A stretch of DNA of 39,694 nucleotides from positions 1 through 39,694 of the forward strand of contig JAVLFR010000024.1 of the NCBI GenBank assembly GCA_046052785.1, in the 5' to 3' direction. Shown here one piece after another: positions 1 to 8,015 of the stretch. The notes under the pieces were generated by a model that was not told the origin of the DNA, searched no databases, and saw only the letters and a list, made by a program, of their open reading frames with translations. Source of the DNA: Limnohabitans sp. (GTDB lineage Bacteria; Pseudomonadota; Gammaproteobacteria; Burkholderiales; Burkholderiaceae_C). The number at the start of each line of letters is the position of its first letter. Position 1 is the stretch's first letter. The translations under genes and the position numbers were made by a program.

Positions 1-18
1 ATTGAGTGGGAATAAAGG

Positions 19-3000
19 CTATTTTTTAAACAAGCGTGCATAAGTTCTTGCCGCCCACTGCCCAAGATCATCAAGGTAGGTAAACACCACTGGAATGACC
101 AACAGGCTGAGCACCGTGCTGGTCATCAGGCCGCCGATCACGGCAATGGCCATGGGCGAACGAAAGCTGGTGTCGGCCGCGCCCCAACCTACGGCTATCG
201 GCAGCATGCCGGCGCCCATGGCAATGGTGGTCATGACAATCGGGCGTGCACGTTTGTGGCAGGCGTCCAGCAACGCCTCCCAGCGGCTCATGCCTAGGAC
301 AGCAGGGTGGCTGTCAGTGGCGGGTTTGCCGCGACGTGCTTCGATGGCGTACTCCACTAGCAAGATGGAGTTTTTGGTGGCGATGCCCATGAGCATGATC
401 AGGCCAATGAGCGAGGGCATCGAAAAACTCTTTTGCGCCAACAACAGGCCCACAAACGCGCCGCCCAATGACAGGGGCAGCGCCGCCAAAATCGTGACCG
501 GGTGTAAGAAGCCTTTGAACAGCAGCACCAGCACGATGTAAATGCACAGCACGCCAATCATCATGGCCAGACCAAAGCTGGCAAACAACTCGCCCATGAC
601 TTCGGCGTCTCCGACCTCTATCACCTTCACACCCGGCGGCAAGCTTTGCAGCGCCGGCAGCTTTTGCACGGCCTGCGTCACATCACCCAAGGGCATACCA
701 GACAGTTCGATTTCAAAATTGACATTGCGTTGTCGGTCGTAGCGGTCGATGACCGCTGGACCACTCGCCACTTCGATGCTGGCCACTTGGCTCAGCATGA
801 CGGGGCCACGACTGCCTGGCACACTCAGTCGCTCGAGCATGCCCAAGTCTTTGCGTGCGTCATCGCTGAGCCTGACCACAATCGGCACTTGTCGCTGCGA
901 TAAGTTGAGCTTGGGCAGGGCCGAGTCGAAGTCACCCAAGGTGGCCACGCGCATGGTGTCGCTGATGGCGGCGCTGGTCACGCCCAAATCGGCAGCCTTG
1001 GCAAAGTCCGGACGCACCGCGATTTCGGGGCGCACTAGGCTGGCGGTGGAGGCAATAGAGCCCAAGCCGTCGATGGTGCGGAGGTCTTTTTCCACCGCCA
1101 TGGCCGCCGTTTGCAAGGCCTGCGGGTCTTCGCCTGTGAGCACCAAAATGTATTTCTCGCCCGAGCCCCCCAAGCCGACCTTGGTACGCACGCCGGGCAA
1201 CTGCTGCAAGGCGGTGCGGATGTTGTTTTCAATGTCTTGCTTGCGCGGACGGGTGCCGCGCTCGGTCAATTGAATGGTCAAGGTGGCCTTGCGCACCTCG
1301 GCTGCGCCGCTGCCCGCAAAAGGGTCAGAGCCTGCGCTGCCGCCTCCAATGGTGGTGTAGACGCTTTGCACGTCTTTGACCGCGCCCAGCAGCGTGCGGG
1401 CTTGCTCGGCGCTGGCTTGGGTTTGCTGAAGGGTGGAACCAGGCGGCAGCTCCACATAGACCTGGGTTTGCGAGTTGTCGTCAGGTGGAATAAAACCTTT
1501 TGGTAACAGAGGCACCAGCATGATGGAGCCGATAAAAAACAGTGTGGCGAGACCCATAGTGACCACACGGTGCTTCATGCACCAAGCCACCCATTGCAGA
1601 TAATGGGTCATCCACTTTGGCTCTTTCTCTGGGGTGACGATGGGCTTGAGCATGTACGCGGCCATCATGGGCGTGAGTATCCGTGCCACCACGAGTGAGG
1701 CAAAAACCGCCAACGACGCGGTCCAGCCAAATTGTTTGAAAAATTTGCCAGGAATGCCTGACATGAACGCGGTGGGCAAGAACACCGCGATCAAAGTGAA
1801 GGTTGTGGCAATCACCGCCAACCCGATTTCGTCAGCGGCTTCCATTGCCGCTTGGTAGGGCGTTTTTCCCATGCGCAGGTGACGCACGATGTTTTCCACC
1901 TCCACAATCGCATCGTCCACCAGCACCCCGATGACCAAAGACAAAGCCAGCAGCGTGACCACATTGATAGAAAACCCCAAATACGCCATGCCAATGAAAG
2001 CGGGAATCACCGACAAAGGCAAAGCGACGGCCGAGACCACGGTGGCACGCAAGTCGCGCAAGAACAGCCACACCACCAGCACTGCCAAAATTGCACCTTC
2101 GTACAACAGGTGCAAAGAGCCGCTGTACTCTTCTTCGACAGGGGTGACAAAGTCAAAGGCTTCGGTGATCTCAATGTCAGGGTTTTGCAACCGAAAATCA
2201 GCCAAAGCTTTGCGCACCAAGCGGCCCACGGCCACCTCGCTTTCACCTTTGCTGCGTACCACCTCAAACCCCACCACGGCCGTGCCGTTCAGGCTGGCCG
2301 CCGAACGGGGAGCGGCCCAGGTATCGCTGACGGTGGCAACCTGCTCCAGCCGAATGCGACTGGCACGCGAAGTGGCCAACTCGATCTGGCCGACTTCTTG
2401 CGCTGTTTTGACTGTGGCCAAGGTGCGCACGGCTTGCTCCCCGACGCCCAAATCCATGCGTCCGCCAGAGCCTTCTTGCTGAATTTGTTTGAGCTGACGA
2501 GAGACTTCCGCCGCAGTGATGCCCAACGATTGCAAGCGGTTGACGTCCAGCGCAATGTGTACTTCGCGGGTCACACCCCCCACGCGGTTGACCGCGCCCA
2601 CGCCGCGCAAAGATAAGAGTTTGCGTGTGATGTCCTTGTCCACCAGCCAGGACAAGGCCTCGTCATCCATGCGGTTGGAGCGCACCGTGTAGGCCAACAC
2701 GGGGGTGCCCGCCAGATTGATTTTTTGAACGATCGGGTCGCGTAAATCAGCCGGCAAATCAGCCCGCACACCTTGAATGGCAGAGCGCACATCGTCCACG
2801 GCTTCTTGCACGGGTTTTTCCATGCGGAACTCAGCAGTGATGAGCACCGCGCCATCTTGAACTTTGGTGGTGATGTGCTTCAAGCCTGGCAAGGGGGCCA
2901 AAGCGTTTTCAAGCTTGCGGGCCACATCGGTTTCTAACTGGGTGGGAGCAGCACCGGGCAAACTGGCGTTCACGGTGATGGTGGGTAACTCTAGATCTGG

Positions 3001-3114
3001 AAAGTTCTGCACCTTCATTGAGCCAAAAGCAATGAAGCCCGCCACCGTGAGCAGCACAAACAGCATGACAGATGGAATCGGGTTGCGGATTGACCAAGAC
3101 GACAAGTTGAACAT
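19..3114 (-). CDS. RND efflux transporter permease subunit (AcrB/AcrD/AcrF family)
   Basis: 1031 aa with an RND N-terminus (SIRNPIP...FPDLELPTITV) and two large periplasmic loops. TM4 motif GVLVDDAIVEVEN, TM10/11 motifs GIATKNSILLVEY and RARPIVMTT. Confidence 0.96.
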   Translation of the reverse strand: MFNLSSWSIRNPIPSVMLFVLLTVAGFIAFGSMKVQNFPDLELPTITVNASLPGAAPTQLETDVARKLENALAPLPGLKHITTKVQDGAVLITAEFRMEKPVQEAVDDVRSAIQGVRADLPADLRDPIVQKINLAGTPVLAYTVRSNRMDDEALSWLVDKDITRKLLSLRGVGAVNRVGGVTREVHIALDVNRLQSLGITAAEVSRQLKQIQQEGSGGRMDLGVGEQAVRTLATVKTAQEVGQIELATSRASRIRLEQVATVSDTWAAPRSAASLNGTAVVGFEVVRSKGESEVAVGRLVRKALADFRLQNPDIEITEAFDFVTPVEEEYSGSLHLLYEGAILAVLVVWLFLRDLRATVVSAVALPLSVIPAFIGMAYLGFSINVVTLLALSLVIGVLVDDAIVEVENIVRHLRMGKTPYQAAMEAADEIGLAVIATTFTLIAVFLPTAFMSGIPGKFFKQFGWTASLAVFASLVVARILTPMMAAYMLKPIVTPEKEPKWMTHYLQWVAWCMKHRVVTMGLATLFFIGSIMLVPLLPKGFIPPDDNSQTQVYVELPPGSTLQQTQASAEQARTLLGAVKDVQSVYTTIGGGSAGSDPFAGSGAAEVRKATLTIQLTERGTRPRKQDIENNIRTALQQLPGVRTKVGLGGSGEKYILVLTGEDPQALQTAAMAVEKDLRTIDGLGSIASTASLVRPEIAVRPDFAKAADLGVTSAAISDTMRVATLGDFDSALPKLNLSQRQVPIVVRLSDDARKDLGMLERLSVPGSRGPVMLSQVASIEVASGPAVIDRYDRQRNVNFEIELSGMPLGDVTQAVQKLPALQSLPPGVKVIEVGDAEVMGELFASFGLAMMIGVLCIYIVLVLLFKGFLHPVTILAALPLSLGGAFVGLLLAQKSFSMPSLIGLIMLMGIATKNSILLVEYAIEARRGKPATDSHPAVLGMSRWEALLDACHKRARPIVMTTIAMGAGMLPIAVGWGAADTSFRSPMAIAVIGGLMTSTVLSLLVIPVVFTYLDDLGQWAARTYARLFKK

Positions 3115-3123
3115 GGCTGGCCT

Positions 3124-4227
3124 TTACTTGTTCACAGGCACAGGGGCTGCAGGCAAGGTGTTGACCACGCGCACCGTGTCGCCGTGGTTAAGGAATGCAC
3201 CACCACTGACGACCACCATGGCATCTGATTTCAGCCCACTGAGAATTTCAAGCCGCTCACCGCTTAAGCGACCCGTTTGCACTTTGGATTGTGTGATTTT
3301 GTTGTCTGCACCGACGGTGAAGACGTAATTGAAACCATCGCGCAGCACGACGGCGGTTTGGGGCACAGTCATGGCTTGGCTTTGGCCGAGCGTGATTTCA
3401 CCTTTGGCATACATGCCAGCACGTGCTGAGCCGATGGGTCCAAGCAAGTCCACATAGACCAGGGCGTTGCGGGTTTGCGGGTCCACTGAAGGTGCGACCA
3501 TACGTACTTTGCCATTCAACACTTGGCCGCTGGCAGCAGTGACTTGCACAGCTGTTCCGGGTTTGATTCGGCCAAGATCAGATGCATTCACTTCAGCTCG
3601 CCATTCCAAACGTTCTTGTCTGATGAGACGAAACAACTCGGTGCTTGCATCAACCACGCTGCCCACAGTCGCACGACGGGAAGAAATGACACCCGCATCA
3701 GGTGACCTCACTTGGGTCTGCGATAGCCGAACGGCTTGTAATTGGACCGCAGCGCGCGCTGATTGAACGCGCGCCTGTGCGATGGCATCCGCTGCCAGTG
3801 TTTGGCTCAACTGGGCATTGCTAAAAAACCCCTGCTGCTGCAGTGATTTCGCACGATCGCTTTGCGCCTTGGCATCCAAGGCACTCGCAGTTGCCTCTGC
3901 CAAACTGGCTTGAACTTGCGCCAACTCGGCTTGCAACGTGTCAGACTGCAGCACAGCCATCACATCGCCGAGCTTGACACGGTCGCCCACATTGACCAGT
4001 ACTTCTGTGATTTTGAGGCCAGTGACTTCAGCGCCAATGATGGCTTCTTGCCATGCTGCAATAGAGCCATTGGCCAAAATACGCTGACTGATGTCGATCT
4101 GGGTGGGTTGGCTGACATTGACCGTGAGCGCGGGTTTTGTTGCCGGTCCTGCTGCTTTTGCTCGATCGTCAGCTGCGTTGACAAAAAGGGCCACAGCAGC
4201 CAATGCGACACCAATGACTGTTTTCAT
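3124..4227 (-). CDS. RND efflux periplasmic adaptor (membrane fusion protein)
   Basis: N-terminal hydrophobic/signal segment, lipoyl half-motifs (VNVGDRVKLGDVMA; VRSPDAGVIS), alpha-hairpin and VDPQTR motif. Ends 9 bp upstream of the permease. Confidence 0.95.
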   Translation of the reverse strand: MKTVIGVALAAVALFVNAADDRAKAAGPATKPALTVNVSQPTQIDISQRILANGSIAAWQEAIIGAEVTGLKITEVLVNVGDRVKLGDVMAVLQSDTLQAELAQVQASLAEATASALDAKAQSDRAKSLQQQGFFSNAQLSQTLAADAIAQARVQSARAAVQLQAVRLSQTQVRSPDAGVISSRRATVGSVVDASTELFRLIRQERLEWRAEVNASDLGRIKPGTAVQVTAASGQVLNGKVRMVAPSVDPQTRNALVYVDLLGPIGSARAGMYAKGEITLGQSQAMTVPQTAVVLRDGFNYVFTVGADNKITQSKVQTGRLSGERLEILSGLKSDAMVVVSGGAFLNHGDTVRVVNTLPAAPVPVNK

Positions 4228-4361
4228 AGTTCTATCCCTTGTTCGCTTGAAATTGGCATTTTAGAAGGGACGATCAGCTCGAAACCCAAACGCCCTACAA
4301 TCGAGTGTTGTTTCAAGCGCCCGATTTGGGCTTCAATTTTTAATTAGAGAACACTGAGTAC

Positions 4362-4622
4362 ATGGCAAAAGAAGAAATGATCGAAATGAAGGGTGTTGTG
4401 CACGAGGTCTTGCCCGACTCTCGTTACCGCGTCACTCTGGAAAACGGTCACTCACTGATCGCATACACCGCAGGCAAAATGCGCCTGCACCGCATTCGCA
4501 TCATCGAAGGCGACAAAGTCACGGTTGAACTTTCCCCATACGACATGAACAAAGCCCGTGTGACGTTCCGTCACATCGAAGGCAAGCCACCAGGCGGCCC
4601 AGCCGTCAAACGTCGTTTTTAA
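4362..4622 (+). CDS. infA: Translation initiation factor IF-1 (stand-alone paralog type)
   Basis: [18 protein letters not shown]...VTLENGH...GKMR...[17 protein letters not shown] is the IF-1 OB-fold signature. Confidence 0.97.
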   Translation: MAKEEMIEMKGVVHEVLPDSRYRVTLENGHSLIAYTAGKMRLHRIRIIEGDKVTVELSPYDMNKARVTFRHIEGKPPGGPAVKRRF

Positions 4623-4639
4623 CCGAACCGCTTTTCGGT
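4622..4639 (+). terminator. Short hairpin after infA (weak terminator or mRNA stabiliser)
   Basis: ACCGAA-ccgctt-TTCGGT 6-bp stem directly after the stop codon; the U-tract (AATTT) is poor. Confidence 0.25.
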
Positions 4640-4647
4640 AATTTGGC

Positions 4648-5268
4648 ATGTACTTGCCTGCACAGTTCAATGCCAAAGATGAGGTTCATGCGCTCGCTCT
4701 GATGCGTGCGCATCCGTTGGCAAGCTTGATCAGTACGGATGACGATGGGTTTCCAGTTGTCACGCACATCCCCCTTCATTTGACGCAGCAAGACGGTCAT
4801 CATGTGCTGCTAGGGCACTGCGCCAAAGCCAACCCCCACTGGCGCTATTTGCAGGCGCGTCCTCAGGCCTTGGTCACGTTCATGGGTCCACAAGCTTATA
4901 TGTCCCCCCAGGTCTATCCCGACCTCACCCGTGTGCCCACTTGGAGTTATTTGACCGTGCATGCCAGAGTGGCGGCTGTTTTGGTGCAAGAGCTGCCAGC
5001 CAAAGATCGCTTACTCAAGCCACTCATAGGTGACCATGAGCCGCCCTATGCAGCGCAATGGCGGGGTTTGAATGAAGACTATCAACACAAAATGCTCAAT
5101 GCCATCGTGGCGTTTGAGCTGCGCATCACTGAGCTGCAATGTGCGATCAAACTCAACCAACACCGGCCCGAATCTCACGCGGCTATGCACGCCGCATATG
5201 CTCAAGGTACATCGGATGAACAAGCCTTGGCTGAATGGATGGTCAAGCTTGGCATGGTTCAGCCATGA
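4648..5268 (+). CDS. FMN-binding negative transcriptional regulator family protein (PaiB-like)
   Basis: MYLPAQF start, THIPL, LLGHCAKANPHW, GPQAYMSP.VYP..VPTWSY and KLNQ motifs typical of the PaiB family. Confidence 0.9.
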   Translation: MYLPAQFNAKDEVHALALMRAHPLASLISTDDDGFPVVTHIPLHLTQQDGHHVLLGHCAKANPHWRYLQARPQALVTFMGPQAYMSPQVYPDLTRVPTWSYLTVHARVAAVLVQELPAKDRLLKPLIGDHEPPYAAQWRGLNEDYQHKMLNAIVAFELRITELQCAIKLNQHRPESHAAMHAAYAQGTSDEQALAEWMVKLGMVQP

Positions 5269-6299
5269 CAACGGCTCATTCGCCTGAAGACATTGGGTTT
5301 ATGCAGCTGGCATTGCGCCAAGCGCAAGCCGCGGCTGATGCAGGCGAAGTGCCCGTGGGTGCCGTGGTGGTGAGGGCAGGGCAGGTGGTGGGTGTGGGGC
5401 ATAACGCGCCGCTGACGCATCACGATCCTTCGGCGCACGCAGAAGTCAAGGCCATCCGTGCAGCCGCCCAACTGTTGGGCAACTACCGGCTAGATGACTG
5501 CACTCTGTACGTGACGCTCGAGCCCTGTGCCATGTGCAGCGGGGCAGCCCTGCATGCGCGTTTCAAGCGCGTGGTGTTCGGCGCCCACGAGCCTAAAACA
5601 GGTGCTGCGGGTTCGGTGCTCAACTTATTTGAACTTCCACAAATCAACCATCAAACTCAATTGACAAGCGGCGTATTGGCAGACGCATGTGCGAAGTTGC
5701 TGCAAGATTTTTTTGAACAGCGCCGCGCTCAACAACAGCTCTCCAAAGTACCTTTGCGCGAAGATGCTTTGCGCGCACCTGAGGCTGCATTTGAGAACTT
5801 GGATGTGCCGCGAGCCCTGTCGCGTTTCACAGCTGATTTGCCCGCTTTACAAGGTTTGCGCTTGCATTGGTTTGACAATCGCACAGCGTGTTCAACGCAC
5901 GCACAAGCTGCACCCCATGTGTACTTGCATGGGCTTCAAAGCTGGAGCGTTCAATATGCGCTGCAGCTGCAATCGGCCGAGCCTGTGATTGCCTTGGACT
6001 TGCCAGGCTTTGGCTTGTCCGACAAGCCCAAAAAAGTTGCCGCCCATCGCTTGGCGTGGCACGCGCAAGTGTTGCGCGAATTCATGGCGCATGTGCAACC
6101 AGCACCTGCGGCATTGCATGCACCCCAAGAGATGGCGCAATTGTTAGCAGGCTTATCCCTGCCGATCTATTGGGTTGAGACGCCTATGCTGCCTGCTGTC
6201 TTGCGCGATGCGCCTTATCCAGATCCTGGGCATAAGGCAGGGCCGCGTGCTTTGAGCGCACTCTTGGCTACGCCGCCCCCCCAACGAAGTTATACATGA
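5265..6299 (+). CDS. tadA: tRNA adenosine(34) deaminase fused to a degenerate alpha/beta-hydrolase (haloalkane dehalogenase-like) domain
   Basis: GEVPVGAVVV, HAE, LYVTLEPCAMC zinc motifs and PKTGAAGS. C-terminal part has YLHG..SWS and ALDLPGFGLSDKP. Start placed at ATG 5265 (ATGA overlap with the upstream stop) rather than 5235. Confidence 0.92.
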   Translation: MTTAHSPEDIGFMQLALRQAQAAADAGEVPVGAVVVRAGQVVGVGHNAPLTHHDPSAHAEVKAIRAAAQLLGNYRLDDCTLYVTLEPCAMCSGAALHARFKRVVFGAHEPKTGAAGSVLNLFELPQINHQTQLTSGVLADACAKLLQDFFEQRRAQQQLSKVPLREDALRAPEAAFENLDVPRALSRFTADLPALQGLRLHWFDNRTACSTHAQAAPHVYLHGLQSWSVQYALQLQSAEPVIALDLPGFGLSDKPKKVAAHRLAWHAQVLREFMAHVQPAPAALHAPQEMAQLLAGLSLPIYWVETPMLPAVLRDAPYPDPGHKAGPRALSALLATPPPQRSYT

Positions 6300-6970
6300 C
6301 CCACACCACACCCCCTATCGGTTACGACGTGAAGTTTCAGAGGGTAGGTGTAGGAGGTGGGGCAGATTTACAAATTCGTTCGCTGCTGGATAAGCAGCAG
6401 TTCTATGACCCAATGGGGTTGGCTTTGGATGCAGGTATTTCATCGGCCACTTGGCCTTTGTTTGGTTTGGTGTGGCCCTCAGCGCAAAAGCTCGCTGACT
6501 TGATGCAAACGTGGGAACTTAGAGGCAAGCGCGTGTTAGAACTGGGCTGCGGCTTGGGGCTTGCCAGCCTTGTGGTGCACCGCCGCGAGGGCAACATCAC
6601 TGCCAGCGATTGTCATCCATTGACAGAAATCTTCTTAAACACCAATGTCTTACTCAACAACTTACCCCCTTTGCACTACGAAACTGGCAACTGGGGCAGA
6701 GTGAACAAAGGTTTAGGGGCATTTGATTTGCTGATTGCCAGTGATGTGTTGTACGAGCGCAATCACCCTGCCCAATTGTCTGGCTTCATTCAAGAGCATG
6801 CAGCTGAGGGGGCCGAGGTGCTGATCGTGGATCCCAACCGAGGCAACCGCAGCGCGTTTCACAAAGACATGGCCAATATGGGCTTTGGCGTGTCAGAAAT
6901 CATCATGAACGAGCCTTTGCAAGACCTCAGCGCTTATCGCGGACGCTTATTGCATTACAAGCGCGGCTAA
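6296..6970 (+). CDS. Class I SAM-dependent methyltransferase, Methyltransf_16/METTL21-like
   Basis: FGLVWPSAQKLA, motif I VLELGCGLGL and post-II DLLIASDVLYE (DxxY). ATGA overlap with tadA. Confidence 0.88.
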   Translation: MTHTTPPIGYDVKFQRVGVGGGADLQIRSLLDKQQFYDPMGLALDAGISSATWPLFGLVWPSAQKLADLMQTWELRGKRVLELGCGLGLASLVVHRREGNITASDCHPLTEIFLNTNVLLNNLPPLHYETGNWGRVNKGLGAFDLLIASDVLYERNHPAQLSGFIQEHAAEGAEVLIVDPNRGNRSAFHKDMANMGFGVSEIIMNEPLQDLSAYRGRLLHYKRG

Positions 6971-7007
6971 TCTGAAACCTGTCAAGATTTCCCGCGACAA
7001 TGCGGTT

Positions 7008-7937
7008 ATGGCACACATCTATATTTACTCTCCCAGCGGCGCTGTGCGCGACAAACCAGCATTCAAGCGTGGTTTAGCTCGCCTGAATAAACTCGGACAC
7101 GAGGTCGAGATCGACCTAGATGCGCTGAGCAGCCATACCCGATTTGCAGGCGACGATGAAACCCGCTTGGCCGCCATTCACCGCGCTGCAGACAGCGGCG
7201 CCGATGTGGCCTTGATTTCGCGTGGTGGCTATGGACTCACTCGAATCCTGCCAGGAATCCGCTACAAACAAGTTGCCAAAGCCATCTCAAACGGCACGCA
7301 ATTTGTAGGTTTGAGCGACTTCACAGCTTTTCAAAATGCACTGTTAGCCAAAACGGGTTCAGTCAGTTGGGCAGGCCCTGCTTTGGGAGAAGATTTTGGT
7401 GCCGCTCAACCTGACGACATCATGGAAGCTTGTTTTGATGACATGGTCAGCGGGCAGGGCGAGGGGGCAGGATGGCAGCTATCTAAAACTTGCGTAGCAG
7501 CCATTGATCAACGACGTCCTGGTGTATGGGCCCACGATGCTGTGCTGTGGGGTGGTAACTTGGCTGTCTTGGTTTCTTTGCTGGGTACGCCCTATTTCCC
7601 ATTGATTAAGCACGGTGTGTTGTTTTTAGAAGATGTGGGTGAGCATCCTTATCGAATTGAACGCATGCTCACGCAACTCTTGCACGCTGGTGTGTTGGCG
7701 CAACAAAAAGCCGTTGTTCTTGGTCACTTCAGCAATTACAAACTCACATCCCACGACAAAGGCTTCCAGTTGAAAAGCGTTGTTGATTGGTTACGCACGC
7801 AGATTAAAGCGCCCGTGTTGACGGATCTACCCTTTGGTCATGTGGCTACCAAGCTGTGTTTGCCGGTTGGAAAAAAGATTAATTTGGTGGTCGAAAATCG
7901 TGATGCCTTGCTGCTTTGGGCCCATAACCATCATTGA
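7008..7937 (+). CDS. ldcA: Muramoyltetrapeptide LD-carboxypeptidase (peptidase S66)
   Basis: SPSG, RFAGDDETR, RGGYG, catalytic GLSD, GGNL, FLEDVGEHPYRIERML and PFGH motifs. Confidence 0.95.
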   Translation: MAHIYIYSPSGAVRDKPAFKRGLARLNKLGHEVEIDLDALSSHTRFAGDDETRLAAIHRAADSGADVALISRGGYGLTRILPGIRYKQVAKAISNGTQFVGLSDFTAFQNALLAKTGSVSWAGPALGEDFGAAQPDDIMEACFDDMVSGQGEGAGWQLSKTCVAAIDQRRPGVWAHDAVLWGGNLAVLVSLLGTPYFPLIKHGVLFLEDVGEHPYRIERMLTQLLHAGVLAQQKAVVLGHFSNYKLTSHDKGFQLKSVVDWLRTQIKAPVLTDLPFGHVATKLCLPVGKKINLVVENRDALLLWAHNHH

Positions 7938-8015
7938 CCGCGTTGTTTTTAAATGCATACGATGTGTATTATGTAAAGTTAATAAATCAACAAAGTTCGA
8001 CCTAAAAAAGTCGAC

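Noticed and set aside
95-4347. Many 60-250-aa ORFs overlapping the RND permease and adaptor
   Set aside because: Alternative-frame or antisense shadows without protein-family motifs.
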